Below, piece after piece: positions 49,302-59,801 of a stretch of 64,000 nucleotides of DNA. The DNA lies in the NCBI GenBank assembly GCA_040392505.1, contig JBEBVY010000002.1, forward strand, positions 21,129 to 85,128, given 5' to 3'. This DNA is from Moheibacter lacus. GTDB taxonomy: Bacteria; Bacteroidota; Bacteroidia; Flavobacteriales; Weeksellaceae. Position numbers and translations under genes: made by a program. The notes under the pieces are model-generated. The model searched no databases. It was not told where the DNA came from and saw only the letters and a list, made by a program, of their open reading frames with translations. Every line of letters starts with the position of its first letter. The first letter of the stretch is position 1.

Positions 49302-50282
49302 ATGGCAACAAAAACATTCAGAGAAGTCATTGCAGAGGCGATGAGCGAGGAAATGAGAAGAGATCCTTCCGTTTATTTGATCGGTGAGGAAGTAGCAGAA
49401 TACAACGGTGCCTACAAAGCATCCAAAGGAATGCTGGACGAATTCGGCCCTGAAAGGGTGATCGATACGCCGATTGCCGAAGGCGGTTTTACCGGAATCG
49501 CGATTGGTTCTTCCATGACGGGTTGTCGTCCCATCGTGGAATACATGACCTTTAACTTTTCATTGGTTGCCATCGACCAAATCATCAATAACGCAGCAAA
49601 AATGTACCAAATGTCGGGCGGGCAATGGAACATCCCGATCGTTTTCCGCGGTCCGACCGGATCTGCCGGACAATTGGGAGCGACTCATTCCCAGTCCTTT
49701 GACAATTGGTATGCCAATACACCCGGTTTGAAAGTCGTGGTGCCTTCCAATCCTTATGACGCAAAAGGATTATTGAAATCGGCCATACGCGATAACGATC
49801 CGGTTATTTTTATGGAATCGGAACAGATGTATGGCGATAAAATGGAAATGCCGGACGAAGAATATTTAATTCCGATTGGCGTAGCCGACATCAAAAAAGA
49901 AGGAAAAGATCTGACCATCGTTTCCTATGGAAAAATCATGAAAAATGCTTTGGCAGCCGCCGAGCAATTGGAAAAAGAAGGAATCAGCGCGGAGGTGATT
50001 GATTTGAGAACCATTCGTCCGCTGGATTATGAAACCATCTTCAGTTCGGTGAAAAAAACCAATCGTTTGGTGATTCTGGAAGAATCATGGCCTTTTGGAT
50101 CCATTGGAACCGAAATCGCCTATATGGTGCAGCAAAAAGCATTTGATTATCTGGATGCTCCGGTAAAACGGATTACGGCACCGGATATCTCTTCGCCTTA
50201 TTCGGCCGAATTGTTCAAAGAATGGTTCCCAAGCGTAGAAGACGTGGTGGAAGCCTCCAAAGCGGTCACTTATAAAAAATAA
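49302..50282 (+). CDS. pdhB: Pyruvate dehydrogenase E1 component beta subunit
   Basis: GEEVAEYNGAYK, DTPIAE, EYMTFNF, ATHSQ, EVIDLRTIRPLD. Confidence 0.95.
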   Translation: MATKTFREVIAEAMSEEMRRDPSVYLIGEEVAEYNGAYKASKGMLDEFGPERVIDTPIAEGGFTGIAIGSSMTGCRPIVEYMTFNFSLVAIDQIINNAAKMYQMSGGQWNIPIVFRGPTGSAGQLGATHSQSFDNWYANTPGLKVVVPSNPYDAKGLLKSAIRDNDPVIFMESEQMYGDKMEMPDEEYLIPIGVADIKKEGKDLTIVSYGKIMKNALAAAEQLEKEGISAEVIDLRTIRPLDYETIFSSVKKTNRLVILEESWPFGSIGTEIAYMVQQKAFDYLDAPVKRITAPDISSPYSAELFKEWFPSVEDVVEASKAVTYKK

Positions 50283-50308
50283 AAACGTTTAAAATTAGTT
50301 AAACCTAG

Positions 50309-50337
50309 AAACCTTCCGTTTTTTGGAAGGTTTTTTT
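50309..50337 (+). terminator. Intrinsic terminator after pdhB
   Basis: AAACCTTCC...GGAAGGTTTTTTT. Confidence 0.8.
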
Positions 50338-50361
50338 GTGGATATTTGTTGATCAAACCAT

Positions 50362-52905
50362 ATGCTAATTAATCGGCTTTTCATATTTACTATCTTGTTG
50401 TTAAGTGTCCAAACGCTTACGGCTCAGATTAAAGTTTCGGGAAAAATAATCGACTCCGAAACCAAAAAACCTGTTGCTTATGCCGATGTCACTTTACCCA
50501 ATGCAGGAGTCTTTACGACCACAAACACCGACGGAAGTTTTTATCTGGCATCGGAAAAAAATGATTCCATTTTGGAAATTACGGCAGACGGATTTGAATT
50601 CATGGAGTTTGATTTGACCTCCAAAATCAATTATAATTTATCTGTCGAATTGATTCAAGACGGTACGTTGAAAGAGAATTCCACCGTCGAACTGGATGCT
50701 GCGACTATTACCGATAAAAGGAAAAAATACAAAAACAAAAAAGAAAATCCGGCTTATGAAATCCTGCGACAGGTTTGGGCCAGAAAAAAAGAAAACGGAC
50801 TTCGCAATTTTCCGCAATACGAATACGAAGAATATGAAAAATTGCAATTTGATTTAAACAATGTGGACAGTGCCATGACCCAAAGTCGTTTGTTCAAGGA
50901 CATGGAATTTGTCTTTGATAAAATCGATACCTCTCAGGTCAGCGGTAAGGCTTATTTGCCTGCGTTTTTAAACGAATCCATTTATAAAGTCTATGGGAAA
51001 AACAATCCCAGAAAGGAAAGAAAGGATTTGATTGCCAATAAAAGTTCGGGGTTTGATGACAACGAAATCGTCAGCCAGACATTGAAAAATCTGTACAAGG
51101 AATTCAATATTTATGACAATCGTTTGAACTTTTTCAACATCAATTTTGCAAGTCCCATTGCCCGGGACGGATTTTCTATTTACGAATATGAACTCACGGA
51201 CACTGTCAACATCGACGGTTTGGATTGTTATCGGATTAAATATTATCCCAAAAACGACGCCGGGCATACGTTCAAAGGCGATTTCTATGTGAGCATGAAA
51301 GAATTTGCCATCAAAGAAATTACGATGCAAAGCACCAAAAACATCGACGTGAACTTTGTGCGGGATATATTCATAAGCCAAGAATTTGATGTAAAAAACG
51401 ATACTGTCTTTCTTCCAAAACGGGATTATATTTTGTTGGACATGACTTTATTGAACAAAAAGGACAAATCAAAAGGTCTTTTTGCCCACCGGACGGTTTC
51501 ATATAAAGATTTCGATTTGGAAAAACCCCATCCCGACAATTTTTATGATCCGAGAAACCATGACCCCTATGCTTCCGGAGCATTTGAAAAAGACGATTTA
51601 TATTGGACAAATGCACGACATGAAAAGCTTTCTGAAAGTGAAGACGGTATTTATGAAATGCTTGACAGTTTACAGCAAGTGCCTCGTTTTAAGCGAATTG
51701 TAAAATCGGTGGAGATATTGGGTTCCGGATACTGGAATGTTTGGAAAGCAATTGACATCGGGGATTTGTATTCAACCTTTGGATACAACGAGATAGAAGG
51801 ATTCCGTTTGCGTGCCGGAGCCAGAACCTATTTTTCGCAAAACGATATGTGGAGACTCGGCGGATATCTGGCGTATGGATTTGACGACCATCAATTCAAA
51901 TACGGAGTGGAAGCCCGTTTTATGTTTAACAAATTCAACCGCTTCCAAATCGGAGCCGGAACCAAACGCGATGTGGAACAATTAGGGGTGCAACTCACTA
52001 CTTCGGACGGAATCATGACACGTAGCTTTGCGTCTTCTTCTATTATTTCGCAAGGTGCTAATGCGAAACTAAGTCATATCAACAAGACCAATCTGTATGC
52101 GTCTATCGATCCCTGGAAAAACTTTACTTTACGCATCGATGGAAACTATCAAACAACCCGTGCTGCCGATCCCTATTTATTTGACATCGGCTATATAAAC
52201 GAAAAGGGTTTGGAAGAAGAACATTTGATCGATACCAACCTAAGCATTTCATTGATTGCCAGACCGGGAGCGAAATTTTCCCGATTTGGAATAGACCGAT
52301 ATGAACATTCCACCTTGGCGCCGACCATTATGCTGCGCTACACCAAAGGTTTCAGCGGATTATTTAACAGTCAGTTCCAATACGACAAATTGCAGGCTTA
52401 TTTTTACAAACCCTTTTTGATTGGTTCTTTGGGACGAAGTGATGTGGTGTTGGAAGCCGGAAAAATTTTTCAGCCCGTTCCTTTGTCTTTATTGAGCGTG
52501 ATCCCGGGAAATGAAAGCTATGGGCAGATTCCGGGCACTTTTTCGCAGATTGATTATTACGAATTTGTGACAGACACTTATCTGACCTTTATTTTGGATC
52601 AGCATTTTAACGGTTGGATTTTCAATAAAATTCCTTTGCTCAAGAAATTAAAATTAAGAGAAGTCGGATTTATCCGTGCGGCTTGGGGAGATATTTCGGA
52701 AGAAGCAGTGGAAATGAACCGATCTGAAATTCAATACATTGCGCCCACCGATACAATTTATTTCGAATATGGATTTGGAATTGAGAACATAGGAATCGGT
52801 AACTTTCGACCCTTTAGAATTGATTTTAATTGGAGAGGAAATTATCGGGAATTGCCTGATGCGCGAAAATTCGGAGTAACCGTGGGAATGGATTTTTCGT
52901 TTTAA
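50362..52905 (+). CDS. Outer-membrane protein with carboxypeptidase-regulatory-like N-domain and DUF5686-like barrel
   Basis: VSGKIID...TNTDGSF N-domain, NPAYEILR, YNEIEGFRLR, terminal aromatic residue (DFSF). Confidence 0.75.
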   Translation: MLINRLFIFTILLLSVQTLTAQIKVSGKIIDSETKKPVAYADVTLPNAGVFTTTNTDGSFYLASEKNDSILEITADGFEFMEFDLTSKINYNLSVELIQDGTLKENSTVELDAATITDKRKKYKNKKENPAYEILRQVWARKKENGLRNFPQYEYEEYEKLQFDLNNVDSAMTQSRLFKDMEFVFDKIDTSQVSGKAYLPAFLNESIYKVYGKNNPRKERKDLIANKSSGFDDNEIVSQTLKNLYKEFNIYDNRLNFFNINFASPIARDGFSIYEYELTDTVNIDGLDCYRIKYYPKNDAGHTFKGDFYVSMKEFAIKEITMQSTKNIDVNFVRDIFISQEFDVKNDTVFLPKRDYILLDMTLLNKKDKSKGLFAHRTVSYKDFDLEKPHPDNFYDPRNHDPYASGAFEKDDLYWTNARHEKLSESEDGIYEMLDSLQQVPRFKRIVKSVEILGSGYWNVWKAIDIGDLYSTFGYNEIEGFRLRAGARTYFSQNDMWRLGGYLAYGFDDHQFKYGVEARFMFNKFNRFQIGAGTKRDVEQLGVQLTTSDGIMTRSFASSSIISQGANAKLSHINKTNLYASIDPWKNFTLRIDGNYQTTRAADPYLFDIGYINEKGLEEEHLIDTNLSISLIARPGAKFSRFGIDRYEHSTLAPTIMLRYTKGFSGLFNSQFQYDKLQAYFYKPFLIGSLGRSDVVLEAGKIFQPVPLSLLSVIPGNESYGQIPGTFSQIDYYEFVTDTYLTFILDQHFNGWIFNKIPLLKKLKLREVGFIRAAWGDISEEAVEMNRSEIQYIAPTDTIYFEYGFGIENIGIGNFRPFRIDFNWRGNYRELPDARKFGVTVGMDFSF

Positions 52906-52984
52906 GAACGAATTAAATTTCGAATGAAATTCTACTCAAATTTATAAATCCCTTACATTTATAAACCAAATTAATACAAAAAAG

Positions 52985-53680
52985 ATGAGCGAATATTCTT
53001 TACAATCATTCATTGCCAAAAAACGACAGAATGATGCTGAACACGATTATTTTGAACTGGAGACCCCGCAACTTTTGGAAATCAACCTGAATGACCAATT
53101 TGTCTGGACCAAAAACGGCGCAATGGTCGCTTATGTGGGCAATATAAAATTTGAAAGAGAAGGAATGCTTTCCGGAGGAATCGGAAATTTTTTAAAAAAA
53201 TCTTTGACCGGAGAGGGAGCCAAATTGATGAAAGCCCAGGGAACCGGTCGCCTTTATGTCGCAGACGGAGGAAAGAAAGTGCAGATTTTACATTTAAATA
53301 ACGAATCCATCTGTGTAAACGGGAATGATATTCTGGCTCACGACCAAACCATCAAAAACCAAATCACGATGCTGAAAAGTGTTGCCGGAATGATGTCGGG
53401 CGGGATTTTTCAGGTGCGACTAACCGGCACCGGACATGTGGCGATTACCACACATGGAGATCCGCTGGTACTAATGGTAAGCAATGACAATCCCGTATTT
53501 ACCGACCCCAATGCAACGGTTGCATGGTCCGGAAATCTTTCACCCGAACTAAAAGCCAATATGTCGCTGAAATCCTTTATAGGAAGAGGAAGCGGCGAAG
53601 AATTCCAAATGAAATTTTCAGGAGATGGCTGGGTATTGATCCAACCGTATGAAGAAGTTTATTTCCAGCAAGGTAGTTAA
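52985..53680 (+). CDS. AIM24 family protein
   Basis: GAMVAY.G, LTGEG, TDPNATVAWS, GEEFQMKFSG.GWVLIQP. Confidence 0.82.
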   Translation: MSEYSLQSFIAKKRQNDAEHDYFELETPQLLEINLNDQFVWTKNGAMVAYVGNIKFEREGMLSGGIGNFLKKSLTGEGAKLMKAQGTGRLYVADGGKKVQILHLNNESICVNGNDILAHDQTIKNQITMLKSVAGMMSGGIFQVRLTGTGHVAITTHGDPLVLMVSNDNPVFTDPNATVAWSGNLSPELKANMSLKSFIGRGSGEEFQMKFSGDGWVLIQPYEEVYFQQGS

Positions 53681-53700
53681 TTGAATAAACCACAAATACC

Positions 53701-53739
53701 AACGGCTTAAAAATTTAATAGATTTTTAAGCCGTTTTTT
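53701..53739 (+). terminator. Intrinsic terminator after the AIM24 gene
   Basis: AACGGCTTAAAAAT...ATTTTTAAGCCGTTTTTT. Confidence 0.8.
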
Positions 53740-53834
53740 AATTATTATTCAATTCAATCAAGATATAATTGAATTTTCTTTTCAAATAATTGGAATGTAT
53801 TATATTTGCAGATTGTTAAAATTTCTGTAAAATT

Positions 53835-56633
53835 ATGAACGAACTTTTTCTATGGATTCCGGTAATTCTCTCTATTGTCGGATTGATTTTTATGGCAATC
53901 AAAAGAAGTTGGGTATTAAAACAAGATGCCGGAGACGGTAAAATGAAAGAAATATCGGACTACATTTATGAGGGAGCATTAGCCTTTTTAAAAGCCGAAT
54001 ACCGGTTATTAACCTTTTTTGTAATTGGAGCAAGTATAGTACTAGCGGGAATTTCATTTATCGTTCCCACTACTCACATATTGATCGTTATTGCTTTTAT
54101 TTTCGGAGCCTTTTTCTCTGCATTAGCAGGAAATATGGGGATGAAAATCGCAACCAAAACCAACGTAAGAACTACACAAGCAGCGCGCACGAGTTTGCCT
54201 CAGGCATTGAAAGTTTCATTTGGAGGAGGAACCGTGATGGGATTGGGTGTTGCCGGTTTAGCCGTATTGGGTTTAACCGCTTCATTTATCATCCTGTTTC
54301 AGGTTTTCATGAATGGCGAATGGGCTGCCGGAACATTTGGTGGCGTTTCAAAATCACCTACGGAATTGATGACCATCGTGCTTGAAACCCTTGCCGGATT
54401 CTCTTTAGGAGCAGAATCCATTGCATTATTTGCGCGTGTGGGAGGTGGTATTTATACCAAGGCAGCAGACGTCGGTGCGGATTTAGTTGGGAAAGTCGAA
54501 GCCGGGATTCCGGAAGACGATCCTCGAAATCCGGCTACGATTGCCGATAACGTGGGAGATAACGTGGGGGATGTTGCCGGAATGGGTGCGGATTTATTTG
54601 GTTCGTATGTCGCTACCGTATTGGCCGCTATGGTTTTAGGAAATTATGTCATCAAAGACATGGGCGGGGACATCGTGAGCGAAGGCTTCGGTGGAATTGG
54701 CCCTATTTTATTGCCGATGACAATTGCCGGATTCGGAATTATATTTTCGATCATCGGAACCCTATTGGTTCGAATCAAAGATAATAACGCTAAAGAAAAA
54801 CAAGTTCAGGGAGCATTGAACCTCGGAAACTGGGTTTCTATCATTTTAACAGCCATTGCTTGTTTTGCGTTAGTTAAATATATGTTGCCGGAAACCATGA
54901 AAATGGAGTTTTTTGGTGAAGGATTGAAAGAAATTTCATCTATGCGTGTTTTCTATGCAGCGATCATTGGATTGGTTGTAGGCGGAGTGATTTCATCTGT
55001 AACCGAATATTACACAGGATTAGGAACAAAACCGGTATTGGGAATCGTACAAAAATCATCAACCGGAGCAGCGACTAACATCATCGCAGGTTTAGCAACA
55101 GGAATGATTTCAACTTTCCCTACGGTAATTTTATTTGCTGCCGCAATCTGGGCTTCTTATGCATTTGCCGGGTTTTACGGAGTTGCACTGGCTGCCTCAG
55201 CCATGATGGCAACCACTGCGATGCAATTGGCAATCGATGCTTTCGGGCCGATTTCGGATAACGCAGGAGGAATTGCTGAAATGAGCGAATTACCAAAAGA
55301 AGTACGTACAAGAACCGATATTTTGGACTCCGTAGGAAATACTACAGCGGCAACAGGAAAAGGATTTGCGATTGCTTCGGCAGCATTGACTTCTCTTGCT
55401 TTATTTGCGGCTTATGTAACGTTTACAGGAATTGACGGAATCAACATTTTCAAAGCTCCTGTTTTGGCGATGTTGTTTTTAGGAGGTATGGTTCCGGTTG
55501 TGTTCTCGGCTTTGGCTATGAACTCTGTGGGAAAAGCAGCAATGGACATGGTGTACGAAGTGCGTCGCCAGTTCAAAGAAATTCCGGGAATCATGGAAGG
55601 AACATCAAAACCGGACTATGGAAGATGTGTGGAAATCTCCACCAAAGCAGCTTTAAGAGAAATGATGTTGCCGGGTATTTTGACCATTGGTTTTCCTATT
55701 TTTATAGTCCTGATCGGTAAATTAGTTTACCTGAATGTTGATCATTCCAATTCTTTGGTAGCCGAAATGCTTGGAGGTTATATGGCAGGCGTTACCGTTT
55801 CGGGGGTGCTTTGGGCGATTTTCCAAAACAACGCCGGAGGAGCTTGGGACAACGCTAAAAAATCATTTGAAGCAGGAGTAGAAATCAACGGTGAAATGAC
55901 CTACAAAGGTTCGGACGCGCATAAAGCAGCCGTTACCGGAGATACCGTAGGTGATCCGTTTAAAGACACTTCTGGGCCATCGATGAATATCTTGATCAAA
56001 TTAACCTGTTTGGTTGGCTTGGTGATTGCGCCGATTTTAGGAGGACATACTTCCGGTGATTCGGAAGGAACTGCAGAAGGAACAACTACTGAAAGTACAG
56101 CGACGGTTTATGCAGAAACAATGGATGCCGACGGAAATTTCATCTATGATTTGGGAGAAGAATCAAAAATTGAGCTTCCTTCCGGAAAAATTCTAAATGT
56201 GGGAAGTAATTCAAGCGAAAGAAGGTTATTCAGATTTCTTTCCATTCCTAAATTTACTCAGGAATCCGGTTCAGGAGATGAAAGTTTAAAATGGATTTCT
56301 CTCGACAGGGTTCATTTTAAAACCGGTTCATCTGAATTATTACCCAATTCATCAGAGCAATTAAAAAACATCGCGCTTTTAATGGAAGAATATCCTGATG
56401 CAAAAGTAAAAATAGGCGGTTATACTGACAATACCGGAGCAGAAGAAGTCAATTTGAAAGTTTCAACAGAACGTTCCAATATTGTCAAGTCAGCTTTGGT
56501 TAGATTAGGAGTGGACGAAAGCCGTATGCAATCAGAAGGATATGGTGCCCAGCATTTCGTCTGTGAAGCGAATGACACCGACATCTGTAAGGCCAAAAAC
56601 CGAAGAGTGGACATCAAAGTGGTTTCGAATTAA
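53835..56633 (+). CDS. hppA: Membrane-integral cation-pumping pyrophosphatase with C-terminal OmpA-like domain
   Basis: [56 protein letters not shown]; then a linker and GGYTDNTG...ERS...NRRV. Confidence 0.95.
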   Translation: MNELFLWIPVILSIVGLIFMAIKRSWVLKQDAGDGKMKEISDYIYEGALAFLKAEYRLLTFFVIGASIVLAGISFIVPTTHILIVIAFIFGAFFSALAGNMGMKIATKTNVRTTQAARTSLPQALKVSFGGGTVMGLGVAGLAVLGLTASFIILFQVFMNGEWAAGTFGGVSKSPTELMTIVLETLAGFSLGAESIALFARVGGGIYTKAADVGADLVGKVEAGIPEDDPRNPATIADNVGDNVGDVAGMGADLFGSYVATVLAAMVLGNYVIKDMGGDIVSEGFGGIGPILLPMTIAGFGIIFSIIGTLLVRIKDNNAKEKQVQGALNLGNWVSIILTAIACFALVKYMLPETMKMEFFGEGLKEISSMRVFYAAIIGLVVGGVISSVTEYYTGLGTKPVLGIVQKSSTGAATNIIAGLATGMISTFPTVILFAAAIWASYAFAGFYGVALAASAMMATTAMQLAIDAFGPISDNAGGIAEMSELPKEVRTRTDILDSVGNTTAATGKGFAIASAALTSLALFAAYVTFTGIDGINIFKAPVLAMLFLGGMVPVVFSALAMNSVGKAAMDMVYEVRRQFKEIPGIMEGTSKPDYGRCVEISTKAALREMMLPGILTIGFPIFIVLIGKLVYLNVDHSNSLVAEMLGGYMAGVTVSGVLWAIFQNNAGGAWDNAKKSFEAGVEINGEMTYKGSDAHKAAVTGDTVGDPFKDTSGPSMNILIKLTCLVGLVIAPILGGHTSGDSEGTAEGTTTESTATVYAETMDADGNFIYDLGEESKIELPSGKILNVGSNSSERRLFRFLSIPKFTQESGSGDESLKWISLDRVHFKTGSSELLPNSSEQLKNIALLMEEYPDAKVKIGGYTDNTGAEEVNLKVSTERSNIVKSALVRLGVDESRMQSEGYGAQHFVCEANDTDICKAKNRRVDIKVVSN

Positions 56634-56655
56634 TGGAATAAAAATATATTAATTG

Positions 56656-56685
56656 AAAAGCAGTCCACAAAGGGCTGCTTTTTTT
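56656..56685 (+). terminator. Intrinsic terminator after hppA
   Basis: AAAAGCAGTCC-ACAAA-GGGCTGCTTTTTTT. Confidence 0.8.
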
Positions 56686-57931
56686 GTCTAAATTCAATAA
56701 AAAATTGCGTTTACTCAGAATTTATATCGACTCTTTTAAAGGACTTTCAACTGAAAGCTGGATGCTGGCGGTGGTGATGCTCATCAACCGTTCAGGCTCC
56801 ATGGTATTGCCTTTTCTGGGGGTTTATATGACCGATCATTTAGGATTCAGTTTAGGTAACGCCGGATTTGTTTTGAGTTTCTTCGGAATTGGTTCGGTCA
56901 TGGGTTCTTGGCTCGGCGGAATGATTACCGATAAAATAGGCGAATTCAAAGTGCAATCCACCAGTTTGTTGCTCAGCGTTCCGTTGTTTTGCTTGATTCC
57001 CTTGTTTAAAACGGAAATAGGTTTGGCATTTATCATTTTTCTACAAAGCACGGTGAGCGAAGCATTCCGACCGGCCAATTCAGTTGCGATTACCAAATAT
57101 GCCAAAAAAGGAAATATCACCCGTTCTTTTTCTTTAAACCGGATGGCGGTTAACCTCGGATTTTCGATTGGTCCTGCTTTGGGTGGGATTTTATCGGCTC
57201 TTTCGTACAATTTTTTATTTTATTCCAATGCTTTGGGGGCGCTTTTGGCGGGAATTACTTACATCTGGTTTTTCCGAAAACGGAAACCCCGAAATGAAAA
57301 CTCAGCCGAAATAAATTCGACTGAAAAATCCATTTCTCCCTACAGAGATTTTAAATTTATATTGTTTGCAGGACTCTGTCTGGTTTTTACGGTTTGTTTC
57401 TTTCAGCTGTTGAACACGCTGACTATTTTTTACAAAGAAGAAGCAAATTTGACCCAACAAACCATCGGGTATATTTTAGGATATAGCGGATTGGTCATCG
57501 TCATTCTCGAAATGCTTTTTGTACAGATAGCCGAAAGGAAATTCAAACTGAGATTTACACTTTTCATCGGAACTTTATTATGTGGAATTTCGTATGCCAT
57601 GCTTGGATTTCACCATGGAATTCTTTTTCTGTTTGTTTCCATGACCATTTTGTGTATCGGTGAAATATGGACATTGCCTTTTATGGCGACTATAACGGCA
57701 CTTCGTTCCGGAGCAAACAACAAGGGCGCTTACATGGGGCTTCTGGGTATCGGATTTTCGCTGGCTTTTATCATTACACCTGCGGCGGGAACTTATATTG
57801 CTGATCAGTTCGGGTTTACCGTTTTGTGGATCGGTACGGGGATTTTGATGACATTTACGGCCATCGGTTTTTATTTTATCATTCCTTGGATGTTGGGAGA
57901 AAAACAAAATGAATCTGATTTTCACAAATAA
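56684..57931 (+). CDS. MFS transporter (start uncertain, possibly TTG 56705)
   Basis: About 12 TM helices, GGMITDKIG motif A, AVNLGFSIGPALGG. Confidence 0.88.
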   Translation: MSKFNKKLRLLRIYIDSFKGLSTESWMLAVVMLINRSGSMVLPFLGVYMTDHLGFSLGNAGFVLSFFGIGSVMGSWLGGMITDKIGEFKVQSTSLLLSVPLFCLIPLFKTEIGLAFIIFLQSTVSEAFRPANSVAITKYAKKGNITRSFSLNRMAVNLGFSIGPALGGILSALSYNFLFYSNALGALLAGITYIWFFRKRKPRNENSAEINSTEKSISPYRDFKFILFAGLCLVFTVCFFQLLNTLTIFYKEEANLTQQTIGYILGYSGLVIVILEMLFVQIAERKFKLRFTLFIGTLLCGISYAMLGFHHGILFLFVSMTILCIGEIWTLPFMATITALRSGANNKGAYMGLLGIGFSLAFIITPAAGTYIADQFGFTVLWIGTGILMTFTAIGFYFIIPWMLGEKQNESDFHK

Positions 57932-58036
57932 TTTCATGTTAAGAATCCACAGGTTTTTATCAGGAGTCTTTTAAAAAATCAAAGTTTTTATACATTTATG
58001 ACCTCTAAATTTTTAAACCATCAAATTAAATCGAAA

Positions 58037-59695
58037 ATGAAATTTAAAAACTATAGCATCCCATTTGAAATCAATCCTGAATATTCAAAATCTACAGCCT
58101 ATTTCTCCATGGAATTTGCCATCGACCAATCCCTGAAAATCTACAGTGGTGGTTTAGGATTTTTAGCAGGCTCGCATATGCGGAGCGCCTATAGTTTGAA
58201 ACAAAATTTAATCGGAATCGGTATTTTATGGAAATACGGTTATTATGACCAGTCCCGAAATCCCGACCAGACATTGCATCCGCATTGGGTTGAAAAATCA
58301 TATAATTTTCTGGAAGATACCGGAATTCGATTTCAAATTGACGTAAATGAACATCCTGTTTGGGTCAAAGCATTGTATTTGAATCCCGAAACATTTGGAA
58401 CAGCTCCCCTGTTTTTTCTCACCACCGACTTACCTGAAAACGATTATTTGGCACAATCCATTTGCCACAGATTATATGATGCCAATACCGCAACAAAACT
58501 GGCTCAGTATATCTTATTGGGAAAAGGCGGCGCAAAACTATTGGACGAAATCGGTTTAAACAGGGACATTTACCATCTCAACGAAGCGCACGGATTACCC
58601 GCTGCGTTTTATTTATGGAACAAATTTAAAAATGTTCAGGAAGTCAGAAAACGAATGGTTTTCACTACACATACGCCGGAAGAGGCCGGAAATGAGAAAC
58701 ATGATTTTGATCTTTGCTATAAAATGTCTTATTTCTCCGGATTGAGCAAAGAAGAGGTTTCTGCTGTAACCGGAATCCAACCAGACGAACCATTTAATCA
58801 CTCTTTGGCAGCATTGAGACTATCCAAAATCGCAAACGGTGTTTCCCGCTTACACGGAGATGTTTCCCGCGAAATCTGGGGGAAATATGAAAATATCTGC
58901 GAAATCAAGTCCATCACCAATTCGCAGGACTTCCTGTATTGGGCGGACAAAGAATTGTATCAATTTACTGACAAAAAAGATCATCTCAATTTTGACGGAC
59001 GTAAGAAATTCATCAAAAGCCAAGCTTTTAAAATTCTAGCAGACCAAACCGGAAAACTATTTGATCCCAACGTGTTTACCATGGTTTGGGCACGTCGTTT
59101 TGCCGGATATAAACGCGCGGATTTTTTGTTAAATGACATGGAAAAATTCAACCGATTGTTAACCCATTCCAAATATCCGGTGCAATTGATTTGGGCCGGA
59201 AAACCATATCCATTGGATCATACGGCAATCAATACTTTCAATAAATTGGTGTATGAAAGCAAAAAACATGGAAATATGGCCGTTCTGACCGGATACGAAC
59301 TGGAGTTGAGCCGTCAGTTAAAAGCCGCTTCAGATGTTTGGTTAAATAATCCGAGAGTGCCTCGCGAAGCTTCCGGAACAAGCGGAATGACTGCCGCAAT
59401 GAATGGTGCCGTTAATTTTTCAACGGATGACGGATGGATTCCTGAATTTGCCCAAAACGGTAAAAACGCTTTTGTCATCCCACAAGTTGACTATAAAAAT
59501 TTAAGTGTCGAAGAACAGGATAACCAGGATTTGGAACATTTGTATCAAATTTTAGAAAACGAAATTCTGCCGATTTATTATGAAAATCCGGATAAATGGA
59601 GACAAATTGCCCAAAACGGAATGAACGATGTGAGAGTTGATTTCAACAGTGATCGGATGGCGGACGAATACTATAAAAATTTATACAACTACTAA
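58037..59695 (+). CDS. Alpha-glucan family phosphorylase
   Basis: YFSMEF, YSGGLGFLAG, HLNEAH, FTTHTP, WARRFAGYKR, EASGTSGM. Start at ATG 58037. Confidence 0.92.
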   Translation: MKFKNYSIPFEINPEYSKSTAYFSMEFAIDQSLKIYSGGLGFLAGSHMRSAYSLKQNLIGIGILWKYGYYDQSRNPDQTLHPHWVEKSYNFLEDTGIRFQIDVNEHPVWVKALYLNPETFGTAPLFFLTTDLPENDYLAQSICHRLYDANTATKLAQYILLGKGGAKLLDEIGLNRDIYHLNEAHGLPAAFYLWNKFKNVQEVRKRMVFTTHTPEEAGNEKHDFDLCYKMSYFSGLSKEEVSAVTGIQPDEPFNHSLAALRLSKIANGVSRLHGDVSREIWGKYENICEIKSITNSQDFLYWADKELYQFTDKKDHLNFDGRKKFIKSQAFKILADQTGKLFDPNVFTMVWARRFAGYKRADFLLNDMEKFNRLLTHSKYPVQLIWAGKPYPLDHTAINTFNKLVYESKKHGNMAVLTGYELELSRQLKAASDVWLNNPRVPREASGTSGMTAAMNGAVNFSTDDGWIPEFAQNGKNAFVIPQVDYKNLSVEEQDNQDLEHLYQILENEILPIYYENPDKWRQIAQNGMNDVRVDFNSDRMADEYYKNLYNY

Positions 59696-59801
59696 ATAAA
59701 AGGATTTCAAATATTTAGAATAAGTTAAGAATAATCTAAACCGGGTAAGTTTTAAAAAACTCTGCGGTTTTTTTGTAATTTTGCAGATTCAAATAAAGAA
59801 T

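Noticed and set aside
49302-50282. pdhB without pdhA/pdhC nearby
   Set aside because: Dispersed pyruvate dehydrogenase genes are normal in Flavobacteriales.
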